64,000 nucleotides of DNA from Neoechinorhynchus agilis (lineage: Eukaryota; Animalia; Acanthocephala). The stretch covers positions 10,803,480 to 10,867,479 of the forward strand of contig CM121342.1 of assembly GCA_051530055.1 (NCBI GenBank). Direction: 5' to 3'. The notes under the pieces are model-generated. The model saw nothing but the letters and a program-made list of their open reading frames with translations. It ran no database searches and was not told where the DNA came from. Shown one piece after another: positions 34,998-47,941 of the stretch. Position 1 is the stretch's first letter. Each line of letters starts with the position of its first letter. A program made the position numbers and the translations under genes.

Positions 34998-35700
34998 ACA
35001 CTTCTAAATTTACCGTGTTTGCAGCTGCCCTTTTTTTGATTTTCATGGGATAAAATCGAATGATTCTGAAACTCTTATAAGCAGTTTCACCTTAAAGTTT
35101 TGAGCATCAAGTCCCTCAAAAAAGAAACGAGGAATCTTACGCTTATTCACGTCTTACGCCATTCACAATGAACACACACAGTGAGTTTACGACCAGAAGT
35201 TTGTGTGCACGATAAAGATTTCCTAGAACTTTTCGAGTGTGAATCAGTCTTACTCAACAAGGTAGATAAGTTAACACTCATTGCAATATCTTCCTTGAGG
35301 TTTTCTCTAAAAAACGAAAAATCCTTTCATAAAGCATCATCGACACCATCTCGATTATTTTGAGGTTTATTTAGTTAATTTTGTAAACGCATTTTTCGAG
35401 GGGTCGTGCTATATGAAATCTCTAGTTCCTAAACGACAAGTGCTCCTTTTTTAATTTACGCACCTGTAGTATATTGTAACAATTGACTTGGAGTATCAAG
35501 TATACTTTTACTAAATTGGATTTGTGATAACAGAGACTAGCTGAAACTATGATGTCCCGCCTAAGAATATTAACAGAAAGAGATGTTTAGAATTCTAAAG
35601 ATATCCTTAGTAAGGTTCTTTGCACGTCCCTTCAAAAAATCGCAATTAAAACCTTTTTCGGATTTTTGGTACTAAGAATTTCATTCCTTAAGAAGCTCTA

Positions 35701-37564
35701 ATGAACGACAAAGCTGAAGTAAGTGTTGAAAAAGGTTCGGACAATCGGGTAGAGGATAAAGACGATACAGTTGATCCAGATGATTTCGGAACACCGATGA
35801 CAAAGAAAATGGTCATCAAGAACCTAACCATTATTTCGATTGCATGGGTGCTACAATTCACGAGTTTCCAGGTAATCTTTAATTTTTTTAACGAATTCTA
35901 ATGCATATAACTGAAAAACGCTGTCTTTAAAAATATCAAATTTGAGCCGCACTTCGCAGTTCAAAGCGACTAACCTTGGACTGAAGCATGAATAATGCAC
36001 TTGCCATCAGAAATTCGATTATAATACCTTGAACCTACTGATCTCAAAAATTGCCAGTTTTGTTCAGGCTATGGCTAATCTCCAGTCAAGTTTGAATCTG
36101 GAAGCCAACGTTGGGACTAATTCCCTTGCAATTGTATATGCCTTTTTGGTAGTATCGGCAGCACTTTTGCCCGATCCGATGATAAAGACGCTTGGATTGA
36201 AATGGACAATTGCGATATGCCAAGTGACATATTTCTTATATGTTTTGGCCAATATACATCCTATTGGTGGCCTTATGTATCCCGGTAAGTAGTGGTTGTA
36301 AGTTTTCTTAGAAAACAAGTATACTTAGCGGCCATTTTACTTGGCTTGGGTGCGGCACCCTTATGGACATCTCAGAGCACTTATTTAACTCAAATTGGAA
36401 ATATATATGCGCAACATACGAATAATCTACCCGATGTTATGGTCACACGATTCTTTGGACTATTCTTTATGTGCTTCCAGACAAGTGAATTCCATATAAT
36501 CGTATCGGAATTTTTCTGATAACCTCGCTTTCAATAGGTCAAATATGGGGAAATCTCATATCATATTTCGTTCTCAATTCTGGAATTTCATTCAACGCAA
36601 GTGAGGTAGTATATGATAACTGTGGTGGTGATTACAGTCCAGCCACCGTTAATTTAACCGGAGGGCAAAATGCTGTGGACAGCAAAACGGTGAGCTCTTT
36701 ATAAAAGTTATTTCGACCGTAATTCTAATCTTTTCACCAGCGAAACATTTTGATCGGAGTCTATGTGGCTCTGATCGCAGTGTCTATGCTTCTTATAATA
36801 TTCTTGCTAGATCAACGCAAAAAACCAACAAATGAAACTATGAAGGAAACACTTTTGAAATCGGTCAAGCTAGTAAAGACCACCGTGATCCACCTAAAAA
36901 ACCCGAATCAGCTGCTGCTTATTCCTCTGACAATGTGGAATGGCGTGGAACAATCATTTATCGGAGCTCAATTCACACAGGTCAGCAATGAAATAAACAT
37001 TACCTAATGGCCGAATTTATTTCGAATTTCAAATTAGGGTGTGGTGACCTGTGCCTATGGCATACAAACTATCGGTCTTGTTTTCATTTGCTTTGGAGTG
37101 TTCGATGCATCGAGTAGCTTCATATCCGGTCGTCTTATAAAGTTCATTCCGCGGCGATTCTTGTTCTTAATAGCTGCTATACTAAATTTAATTGTCTTGA
37201 TTGTGTTGATCACATGGATACCTAAAGAAGGACAAGCATACATTCCATACATTTTAATTGCTTTGTGGGCAGTGTCTGATGCCATTTGGTTAACTCAAGT
37301 CAATGGTACGACGTTCAATCGCTATAAATATTACCCATTTATTTTCAAATAGCATTTTATGGCATGATGTTCAAAGACAACATGGAAGCTGCGTTCAGCA
37401 ATTACCGTCTATGGGAATCGCTCGGATTTGTCATTGCTTATGCCTACACGCCCTTTATAAAGGTCAAACACAGTGCAATATTTTTAATCTGTCTATTGGT
37501 CACTGGACTCATTGGTTTTGGCGTTGCAGACTTTCAAAGATCAAAAAAATCAGAAAACGGGTGA
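35701..37564 (+). CDS. UNC93A: UNC-93-like MFS membrane protein, 7 exons
   Basis: NLQSSLN, GLGAAPLWTSQSTYLT, RFFGLFFM, LLLIPLTMWNGVEQSF and AAFSNYRLWESLGF; in-frame GT-AG introns (exons 35701-35871, 36068-36284, 36329-36484, 36538-36689, 36741-36980, 37038-37305, 37353-37564). Confidence 0.93.
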
Positions 37565-38433
37565 ATGTGTAATCGAGAGTTCATGTTTCTTGCTCACATT
37601 TTTTTAATAAATGTGCGAATTCCCCTAAAGATAAGGACAGCTTTTACATATTCAGTTCCGTGTATAGAAATGTTGAAACGATATGAGAAATATTTGGCAT
37701 GTCGAAGCGCTGATTTTGAATCCAGTTTAATTTCATTGAGTTAAATTTACACAACAACAACACAACACAAGATTTATTCATCATGTTAAACATGTAGATG
37801 GAAGCTTAACGAAATCATGAAATCCAACGTGCGTTCAGAATGCGCTATGTATGTCGCTGGTTCAAGTCCACTGGTCGCTGGGTGGCCCCATAAGAGGGCT
37901 GGCCCTGTCCCTTTGATTGCGGCTGAGCGCTTCCGAAGTTTGTGGGCTAGCCGAGAGGCTACCAAGGATATGCAGTGATGCCATGAGTGAATGCGATTTA
38001 AGATAAAAAAAATAAAAAAATAGCACAACAAAAAGTATATTATTGTTCCACGAAATGATATTGCTTAGTTACTGAGATGAAATTGACGGTGGGAAACATT
38101 AAACAATTGCAACTTTTAGGTAGTCGTATCAGGAGTTCGAGTAGCTGCATTAAAGGTACGAAATTGAATAATGATCCATTGAAAAAGAACGATTTCATAA
38201 AAAGCTGGATAATCAGTGCAAGAAGCGGTCTTGACGGACAAGAAGCAGACTTATCTGTGAATGATAAGTATTTAAACAAAAATTTAGGTTTTAATCAAAA
38301 AATTAGACCATCGTATCGAAACGTACAGCCATTATGTTTTGAATGTAAATTGAAATTATCATCGTATTTGACCAACAGTTTTAAATCAAGGACGAAAATA
38401 TAACAATAGTAACTTTTCAACTTTAAAATTATT

Positions 38434-40640
38434 TTACATTTCCAAAGACGACACATCACCTTCGCTTGAATTAGATGTATTCTGTTTACAGTCAATATCA
38501 CCCTGTGCCTCAACCGTTGGAACGAATCCAGCAATAAGGTGTAGGCTACAATGTGATACGCTTATTAAGAAAGAGTAATCTGCCGTTAGTGTCGATTCAT
38601 GTATCCGATTCACTGCAATATCTCGAATGTCATTTAAAAGACTATCAAGTGTCTTATCTTCACATTGCTTAACGCTCTTCATTTCCAAATGTTTAATATT
38701 CCCCATCGTATTATTGACGTCTCCTCCTTGACTGATCGAATCCTCCATTTTAAGACGACTTTTCAAAGAAATACCGGGTTCTCTTTCAGTTCTGTTATCA
38801 TTACATTGCACCAATGCCCCGTCGTTCCTATCAGTAGAATCCTCCGATCTATCAGTACTAAATGGTTCTTCGTTTTTAGTTTCATGTTTCTTGTACATTT
38901 CGGCTATTCGCTGTCTCAATCCAATTGCATATTTTGTATTTATCGTTTTAGCTTCTTTGTGTGTAGTTTTAACCCTTTGAAGCACTGAATTCCTCTTCAT
39001 ACTCTTCTTGGCCCTTTCAGCTCTTTCTTCTCTTAATAGACGATGGGCACTATTCTTGTCCAGCCGATGCACCCTCATCTGGCTTGCCTAATAGTATGAA
39101 CATAAAGAAAGATAAACTAAAATATACACGCTGACCATGGCTCCAAAGTCAAGAGTGAAAATGCTTTCACCCAAATCGCTTTCGTATGGACTAATACAAA
39201 ACATCATCGTGGTCTCGGTTTGTCCAGTTAAAGTATCTTTTATCAAATGGGGAATCGGGTCAAACACGCCGAATGAAGGAGACATTTTTGCCTTTGAACA
39301 AGCAGCTATCGCTCGCCTTAGTCCGTCGAGTTCGAAGTTTATGTTCGAGGTGCCTTGTATTTTTTAAACAGTCAGACATTGAAAACCACAAAGGAAAACT
39401 AACGTTTTGCTGATTCAAAAGATTGCTCCGTGGAGAATTTCTCTGAACCTGCCAAGTCCATGAATGTTAGTTTAGATTGGAACTTCGTGGCTAAACATTT
39501 CTGGCGGGTGATTCACCTAAAGCTAAAGAACAAACCGGTTTCCTGATCAAAGATAAATTTATCACCCAATTTCACATTTAATCTGCCTTTAATAGGAGAA
39601 AATCGAAGAAGTTTGGAAAAAGAACTTACTGATGAAGATGCACAAAGAGCAATGAGACCTACTGGATACGAGATTCTTTGCGTTTGGTTTCGTCAATCTC
39701 CTTTGAACTATCCGGTTCAAATTTCTCATACAATCATCCACAGTGTTTATTTTTAGAGCGACGCTATTTGATGCAAAGGACATCGAAAGACTGTCCCTCA
39801 TTCTGATTGGTCGTTGGGTTTCAGTTTCGTCCACGAATAAATCCTTGATGTGTGTACCAATGAGTTCCGTGCATGACATATAAATCGAAATGGCCTGATC
39901 GTTGCTATCCTAAGAAATAGAATTCCACGCATATATTTTTTCAGTCAATACACACAATACGATTGACCTTTATGATGTCCAACAATCTAACTATAGACAT
40001 ACTAATAAGTCCATTCAGACGAGGCCAACCAATTAGCGTATAAGTTTTTCCAGATCCCTAAACATGAATTGTTATCGAGAATTTCGCAGTATAGAAATAA
40101 TTCGACCGTTTGTCCATACGCGATAAAAGAGAAGCTCTTCTTCTCGAACAGTTTGGACAAACTAGGCTCCACTTGTTCTTCGAAAATTCTTCTCTAATTA
40201 CAAATACGAAACATAGAAAAATAGCAGTGTATTATAATCAAACCACTGGAGCATCTTGAGGGTATACACAATCAAAGTCAGAATATACCGCATCGTGAAC
40301 GAAAATGGAATCATCTGAATCACATTGGATACAGTCGGTAACTCGGCCTCTGATTGGAGTATCACTGTCTTCAGCTGACCGAACCTATCGTTTAAAAAAA
40401 CTAAAGATTTTTAAGCGCGCACACACACAAACGTACCCTCACGATTGTTTTAATCCTAATGCGAGCTTCCAGTGATCGAGTTCGGTCTAAATATAAAGCG
40501 TTCTATTGAAGTTTCAATTGAAAAATTGACCTTTTGGTCTCACAGTTCCGTTTGAAAAGTTAGTATTACCGGTAAACTAAAGACAAAAATAAATTTATAT
40601 CTAATCCAGCTTAGTTAAAAACAACACTCACGTGCATAAT
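38434..40640 (-). CDS. Divergent kinesin motor protein, multi-exon (boundaries approximate)
   Basis: IRIKTIVR|VR, P-loop FIAYGQT|GSGKTY, switch I SSRSH, switch II DLAGSEK, and HLIKDTLTG..TTMMFCISP..ESIFTLDFG. Confidence 0.85.
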
Positions 40641-41735
40641 CGTGGAATTTTTTGGTTCAGATAAGGAACCCTAAAGCTTTAGAGAAAAATAGGGGCAGTA
40701 TCAACGGAACATTCGTTTCCATAGCGACCATTAGTCCGAGGGGCTTAATCGATATTTGGCCCTAGTTCTCTTCGTGAAAAGAAACATAAGCGTAATTGTA
40801 AAGATGTAATCCATAAATTGTTTTTGATGAGGGTGAAATAAAGAGAAATGATTTAATTTAATATTTTTGGTCCTCTACGCACGTGTGGGAATCCTTCAGA
40901 TTTTTTTTGCAAATTTTCCAAAAACTTACACGTAAAGGACGAAATATTTATAAAATTAATTTTTTAATTTAGCCTTGACTCTAAACTCAAGCATTGAAGA
41001 TACAGGATTTTGTTGTCCTTTCCACCCGCTAATCTTTAAAAAAAATCAATCATTTTCATTTGATGGCGTTTTTCTTTAAAATAAAAAAATAATATTCGTA
41101 TGAAAGGACACCTTCAAACCATTGGGTTTAAGCGAGAATAGCAAATTTGGGCCCAATAAATCTAGTGCGATTTACCGTAAGACAATGTTATGCTTTGAAC
41201 GGCCATAAATCCATTGAACTTATTTCGAACATTGAGTGTAAAAAAAGATTTTTCAAAAGCACGTTGTTTTTTCTCGCTTTTTACCTGACTTCGACGAATT
41301 TATCAAGACGCAAAAATGTAAGTAATAACCAATTTTTTCTGGCGTTTTTTATCCGTTGAGCGAATGAACAATCGCACAAATCTTCAGTTCCTCGCACAGC
41401 GCTCTATCTCGGTTCTTTCCCCACTGCTCAATCCTCTAAATTCGAATTGATTCGTAGGAAAGAACGGGAGACAACAACTACAAATTAACCAACCAAAATC
41501 AAATAAAGCAAAATCAATTAACGGACCAAAAACAATTCTATTACAAAGAATGAAACAACGTTCAAGATCCGTTTGGACATCAAAATTTAATTTGGACATC
41601 AAAATTTACATTATCTTGAACCGGAGGAAAGACCCAGCCTCACAATATCTACTTCGCATACTATTAACGATCCGACTTCCAGCAATTTGCGTCAGTAAAA
41701 ACACTCACACAAGTCAGTGATTGTATCTTTGAGAA

Positions 41736-43314
41736 ATGTACAGTGAAGTTCCTAGAACCAGCAGTTTGGCTAATTTTAAATCGATAATCGAGGGTGAAAT
41801 AAGCGATCACAGTAAAAAACATCCGGTTATCCTTTCTGGATTTAACGTTGGGGATTGTGTGCACAAATGGAGCTCAATGGACTATTTGAGATCCAAAATG
41901 TGCATGGACGTTCAATCAAAACGCATTGTAGTCCATGTTTCGAGTTCTAAGTCACTTTCATTCATTAAAAAGAATTTCAGAAGGCAAGAAATGTCCTGCG
42001 AAACGCTTTTAAACAAGCTTTCCGATGAGCAGAATTCTACTGAGAAGTACTATTTTCGTTCATTCAACGTTAAAGATTCAAATGGGAAAGCTGCGAATTT
42101 CCATCAAGATTATCCATCACTTTCAAAAGACGTTATACTTCCACAGCTTTTCGATCCGGAACGTGAGTTTTCCTCCATTCTACGAATTACCAGTCCGGAC
42201 TTGCAATTGTGGCTTCATTAGAGCGGCGCTAGACTTTAAGCTTTGAACGTCGGGCTTTTTCTGATTAATGTTTTTATTCGAAATTCCACTTTGAGATAAC
42301 ACGGATACCATTAGGAAAAACATCTCGACGGCCAAAAAATTAATTTGTTATCTTTTTTTTCAATTATCATTCCCAACTTAAAGTATCCTTTAACCTTTTT
42401 CAACTCAATCTACCATTGCATTGTTACGATTGTTTGAATATTGAATTGTTCCTGTTTTTTGATAGCGGCAGAAAAATTGAAGTAATTTTTGTTGAATCCG
42501 ATATTTCGGATTAACAATCTTGTGCCTACTTTTTCTAAAAACGTACAAGCAACCTCATTCAATAAATACCTTCATCTTTCTTCGCCATATAAGAACATGA
42601 ACAGTTCAATCTTAGCTGTAGATTGTTTCTGATGAGGACGAGATGAATAAAAGTAATTCAATTTTATTTAACATTTTTGATCCTCTACGTGCGGGACGAA
42701 ATATTAATAAACATAAATTAGATCTCTTTACTTTGTCTGGCCAAAAACTATATATTTTTAAGCAAACGAACATCAGCCTTCGCCTGCTTAAGCCTACCGC
42801 CTAAAATGACATGATGGACAACATTTTAGTCCAGATTCGCGGACAAAAGACATGCTGGCTATTTGACCCCGATCAGATTCCTTTCTTACACATGAATGGT
42901 GATAAATCAATGATCGACGATAGTGAAGATGCCGACTGGGATAATGTGGATGTTTATAAATACCAATTGTTCGCCCGATCAAGCGGATTCCGATGCGTCC
43001 TAAACCCAGGAGACATCCTCTTTTTCCCTGCTCTTTGGCTTCATAACACGCGAACCGACCCAACCACTTGGTCAATCAGTCTTAATGTGTTCTGGTACGA
43101 ACTCGATGACCGCAATCTATACGACCCCGCTGATGTTTACGGAAACCGTGATTTGCTTGTGGCTCACGATGCTATCACGGCCATACAACGATCTATGGCT
43201 TCTATAAAACATCTTCCATATAAATACCAAATGTTTTATTTAAGACGCATTCAAGCGACTGTTGAACGCAGAATCGAACGACAGTCAGAGAATAATAAAG
43301 ATCTGCCCAGTTGA
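41736..43314 (+). pseudogene. TYW5: tRNA wybutosine hydroxylase TYW5-like JmjC gene interrupted by a 586-bp insertion
   Basis: FSSILRITSPDLQLWLH|(Y)DMMDNILVQIRGQK, GDILFFPALWLHN and YDPADVYGNRD match TYW5; the insertion creates a TAG at 42219-42221. Confidence 0.85.
42221..42806. mobile_element. Non-coding AT-rich insertion with imperfect terminal inverted repeats (MITE-like)
   Basis: ttagagcggcgctagactttaagc versus the reverse complement of gcttaagcctaccgcctaa; precise removal restores CAT TAT GAC ATG. Confidence 0.65.
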
Positions 43315-43754
43315 ATCAACATGGAGTGCTGCTGTCAAAGTCTGATGTATGGGAAACTCTTTTCGTTTGATAACTTTAACATGAATCTTCTCAAAAAGCA
43401 TTCTTGTTCGCTTGTTTTTTTCCAAACGATTTGATCGATCATTAAGATAATAATTGTTTTTAGCTGACATTTCTCAAAGTACTATTATTGGTCATCAATA
43501 GCCAACAAATTTCTAAAAAAAATACAGTTGTCATGGAAACCAATAGGCGTCGGTTCAATCAAAAATAAGGAGATTTAAATACCCAAACAAGACGTACTAA
43601 TAGATTTCCTGACCATAATTTTAGCGATAAATGAATAAGATTTTATTCGTGCATTTTGCATATTTTATAAGCTGGTTAATTTCAAACGTGAAAAAAATTG
43701 GCAATTTTATCCCCGTTGTTGACTTCCTTCGATCGGTAAAGTGAACTAATGCTA

Positions 43755-43930
43755 TGGCCGAAATATCTGCGAAGGGAGGAAGCTCACTGATGACTTCTGC
43801 TTCCTCTGGAGGTAGCTGAGAATCCGGAGAGATTCTTACAAACATATAACCCTACGGTCATGGGGCATTGAGAGCAGAACAGCGCTTCCCCAGCCAATGA
43901 ATCGGTGGACTATGTGCCCATTGAGCCGTA
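43755..43930 (+). mobile_element. Degenerate SINE copy D (eroded hammerhead-like core)
   Basis: cgaaatatctgcgaagggaggaagctcactgatgacttctgc..ggtagctgagaatccggag..cagcgcttcccc..cggtggactatgtgccc matches the family. Confidence 0.7.
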
Positions 43931-44075
43931 TATGGCAAAAAAATAATTTTACACATATCTATCGATGATCCTACGGTTTTGTGAGATGTGTGTGGAAGAC
44001 GCCCTGGAATGAATAGTCATGAGAGGCATCTGAGTCTTTATGCGAATAAAACACTTTAACAAATAAGAGAAAAAT

Positions 44076-45580
44076 ATGAGCATCGAGATCGCGAGTCAGT
44101 CTTCGAATACCATAACACCTTCGGAAATACCGGCACCTCACGCTTCACCGCCGTCCAGTACAACCACTGTAGCTTCATCCCGCACCAGCGGAACGTCCAA
44201 TGGACCAGCGTCGGTCGCGTCAGGTCCAAGTGCGATGCCAACGGCGGTACCATTACCTTCAGGAGATTCCGCAGAAGGACCAGAAATGATTGAACAAAAC
44301 GGCGGACAAATAACGAACCAACTTGCATTGGGTCAGGAGCTGTTCCCTCCAACTACTCTCTATGTCGGAGATCTCGATCTTGAAGTGGATGAGCAGATTC
44401 TTTGGCAAAAGTTTTCATCTTGCGGCCCGATCTACTCCATTCGAGTCTGCAGGGATTTCCTGAGCACTCAGTCTTTAGGTTATGCTTACGTTAACTTTCA
44501 AAATAGCTCAGACGCCGAAAATGCGTTGAGGTTACTGAACTATGAAGTTCTGATCAGGCGGCCAATGCGGATTATGTAGTCGGAAAAGGATCCCAGTCTT
44601 CGTCGTTCAGGTGTCGGTAATATCTTTATTAAGAACCTAAATAAGACAATCACTGCCAAGGAGTTGCATGATACATATATTTCATTTGGTCGAATCATGT
44701 CGTGTAAAATCATGTTAGATGATAACGGACAATCAAAAGGATTTGGTTTCATCCATTTTGATAACCAAAAATCTGCGAATGAAGCTATTGGGAAGGTCAA
44801 TGGTATGCTTGTGAAGGATAAGAAAGTTTACGTTGCCAAGTTTAAGCCCAAGATTGAATGGTTAAGAGAGATGGACGGAAAGGAGCAAAGGTTCAATAAC
44901 ATATATATTAAGAAAAACAATTATTTGAAAAATTTGGACCAATTATAAGCGCGAAAGTTATGACAAACGAAGCTAATGAAAGCAGAGGCTTTGGTTTTGT
45001 ATCCTTTCACGATCCAGATCACGCTAAGAAAGCCGTCGAGGAAATGAGTGGCTACAAATTGGACGAAAACCACGACTCGGAAAAAGCAAGAACGTGCAAG
45101 TATTCTTAAGCAACAATATGAACAAATGCGAAGAGAGCGACTTGATAAAACTAGAGGAATCAACTTGTATGTAAAGCATTTTAATCACACTGTCGATGAT
45201 GCCGTTCTACATTCCCCTTTTGAAAGATTTGGACATATCACTAGCGCTAAGGTTATGCGGAATGAGAATGGGACTTCTAGAGAGTTTGGTTTAGTCTGCT
45301 TCTCTCAACCCGAAGAAACCACTAGAGCCCTCACTGAAATGAACGGGAAAGTGGTATACGACGGGAAACCTTTATATGTTGCCTTATCACAAACAAAAGA
45401 AGAAAGAAGAGCCAATCTGAGGATCAACTTTAGACGTCGGGCTGCTCGTCAATTCCGTCCAATTCAAATGCAACCTAACCAACAACCTCCTTATGGACAA
45501 CACCCGGCTACCTACATGAACAACATTAATCCGGCGACTGCGTTGTACCAGCAAAATCCAGTAGCAATGGTCGCTTCTGA
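44076..45580 (+). pseudogene. PABPC: Intronless, disabled cytoplasmic poly(A)-binding protein
   Basis: RRMs LYVGDL..SLGYAYVNF, NIFIKNL..SKGFGFIHF and NLYVKHF..SREFGLVCF. TAG replaces Trp at 44577-44579; RRM3 has a deletion and frameshifts; the 3' end is cut by a Penelope element. Confidence 0.9.
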
Positions 45581-47452
45581 AATCCTTAAGTTTTAGGAGC
45601 AGGTCCTCAGAAGAGTGTAAGCCATAAGCATTATCCAGATACTCGACCATAATCTCATTTAGATACTTTGCGATATCATGAGTAATCGATCCAACTAGGC
45701 TCACAACAGGTCTAAGTTTAGGGTTCTCCGCATCTTTGTGTATCTTCGGTAATCCGTACAGCTGTACGTCTCGATATTCACCGATTCTCTTTAGTTTATT
45801 GTGTAACGTCAAGTTCGATTGTTTATAGTTAGTGATCAATTTATTAATCTCCTTTTTTATCTTTGACTTTTGGTTTTGGTTACATTTTTTAAATTTCTTC
45901 GGGTCTGAGACAATATCCCCTAGCAAGGCATTGTAGATCTTTCTGTCAAGAATCACCACGCCTCCACCTTTATCTGGACGTTGGATTACAATATCATCGT
46001 TGCTTTTGAGTGTGTTTAACGCTTTGCGTTCATCTGGCGTGAGTGGGTCGTCTATTTTAGACACACCATTCTTGATAACGAAGTGTTTAAGACGTCCTTT
46101 CATATCATCTTTGTGGATAATTGAGATCAGTTTACTGTCTTCAGCTTTTTCGACGTCTCGATAAAATTTCTCCGTGTTAATTTTCCGTCTGATAATATTA
46201 CGTTTCTTAGATACACCAAATTTCAAGCCACGATTTAGTAAGTCGTGTTCTGCTTTGGTGATTTTCACTTTGGATAAATTGACAATATTCAGTTCGGTAG
46301 AGGGGAGGGTGACGTTAGATCCATAAAGTGCACGTAATTTCTTCAAATGTCGGTTCATGATTGTATTCTTGTAGTTTTCATCTATTCTTTTCCCATAGTG
46401 TACACAGCTGTAGAAGTTAAGATGGTTTAAGGATTGTCTGAGAGATAAGGTTAAGTGCGTAAATTCACCATTGATTTGAGGTAGACGCGATTTTTGCTTC
46501 TCAATCTCTCGATTCAGCAATGATTTCTTAAAGTTCAATGTCACGTCGTCCTTTGAAGCCGAATAAGGAGATCGTTGATTTGACAGAATTCGAGAAATGT
46601 AACGTTCGACTGTATCTTCGTTAGAAGTTTTAGGGTCTTAATCATCATGGAGAAAATCGATTTACTGTTTGTATCCAACTTCCTGAATACAATACGTGGG
46701 TGCATTTTTATAATAGCTAGAGTTGCCCAATTGCCGACGTTTCGGAAATTTATTCTTTCCATCTTCAGGGTAACGTTAACAGTCACACAATTTGTCAAAC
46801 GCGCACGTAGAACCCAGCGTTAAACTAACGCTGACGTAAGCAATCAATTATCACACTAATCGTAGAGTTTGAGAGTATTAAACATCTCATTGAATTTGAT
46901 ATTGATAATTGGTTTGTCGTGTTTAATGATTAATGCTTCGGCGGTTCTCAGTCTGTGCCTGTCGGTATCTTTGACAAGGATCTTGAAACATTTCTCAAAT
47001 GGCGTTGGGTAGGATCCGTTGTGCGATTTATCCATGTGCTTCCTAATAGCGCTCGTTTTATATGTATGTTGTTTGATTCTGTAACTCAACTTGCAAGTTG
47101 TGTAGCCAACATAAGACGCGTTACAGCCGTCTTTATTGCATGTAAATTGGTACACAACGTTACAGGTGTCAAGAACTGCAGTTCTGGTTTTTCTGTCAGT
47201 AAAAGCAACGGACGTCTATTCTTTTCGAGCTGTCTGTCGGCTTCGTGTGTTTATCCAGTATATCTTGCAGCTCCTTTTCTCGTTTCTCGTTTGATGGATC
47301 GTTCGTTTCATGGTAGAAGGGTATCGTTTTGTCGTTTGGAATCTCTAATGGCGTACAAAGTTTCTTGTAGGCTCGTTTAATTGCATCATCTACTACCTTA
47401 ATTGGGTATGATGCATTTACTAGTGATTGCCTGATCCTCTTAAGTTCCTTGT
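45578..47452 (-). mobile_element. Penelope-like element in partial-tandem (pLTR) arrangement: thumb/GIY-YIG 3' end, then hammerhead, then restart of the RT ORF (truncated)
   Basis: ELKRIRQSLVNASYP; YQFTC..CNASYVGYT..RIKQH..EALII; then QRPDKGGGVVILDR, LYGLPKIHK and KLRPVVS. Confidence 0.9.
46730..46774 (-). ncRNA. Minimal type I hammerhead ribozyme of the Penelope pLTR
   Basis: GUUACC CUGAAGA U GGAAA gaauaaa UUUCC GAAA CGU C GGCAAU: intact core, 5-bp stem II, palindromic ACGU stem III, stem I with one mismatch. Confidence 0.75.
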
Positions 47453-47941
47453 TAGTATCTTCAGTTGTAGTGGAGTATCTTATCTTAGCCGTTTATTACG
47501 AAACAAATGAGGAACGTACTCAAAATATAATGAAGCAAAAGGAAGACAAATGTAGCGCGATAACGAGTCAGGTAGTGGAAAAATTCAACACTCGAATGCA
47601 TGCCGTCAAAACCTTAGGGCTAGCGGTTGGCTCGCGAGGATCCTATTCAGACAAGCTCACGAATCGTTTAAGAAAATTTAACCTATCTAAAAGAACCGCG
47701 CTAAATATGGCCATCACAACTACTTTATGGGTAGAACATGGAGCCTATGATCCGATAAAATTCCAATGTGATAAATCAAAAGAAAATCATTTCTATCTTC
47801 GCAAATCTACTACCACAACAGCAACAATACACTCCGAATAAAGAAAGAAAAACTAAGTAATTAGGAAAAAAATTCAACGATTCGATCAATATCAACAAAT
47901 CTGTAACCTAAAAAGTTTTATGCTACCAATAAATGAGCCTC
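47452..47941 (+). mobile_element. R2-like non-LTR retrotransposon 3' end (REL endonuclease C-terminus + 3' UTR)
   Basis: LAVYYE..MKQKEDK..LGLAVGSRGSYS; ends exactly at the canonical R2 28S target site. Confidence 0.7.

Noticed and set aside
37830-37885. tRNA-Leu(CAG)-like segment (anticodon-like hairpin and GGTTCAAGTCC)
   Set aside because: No D-arm or acceptor stem and a mismatched T-stem; at most a degenerate SINE head, not a tRNA gene.
38077-38403. 108-aa plus-strand ORF convergent with the kinesin
   Set aside because: No recognisable motif; the length is within chance range, so it was not called.
42628-42712. CTGATGAG ... GGGACGAAA as another hammerhead (related repeat at ~40825-40950)
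   Set aside because: The core halves are ~60 nt apart, stem II is not adjacent to CUGAUGA, and there is no stem III/UH.
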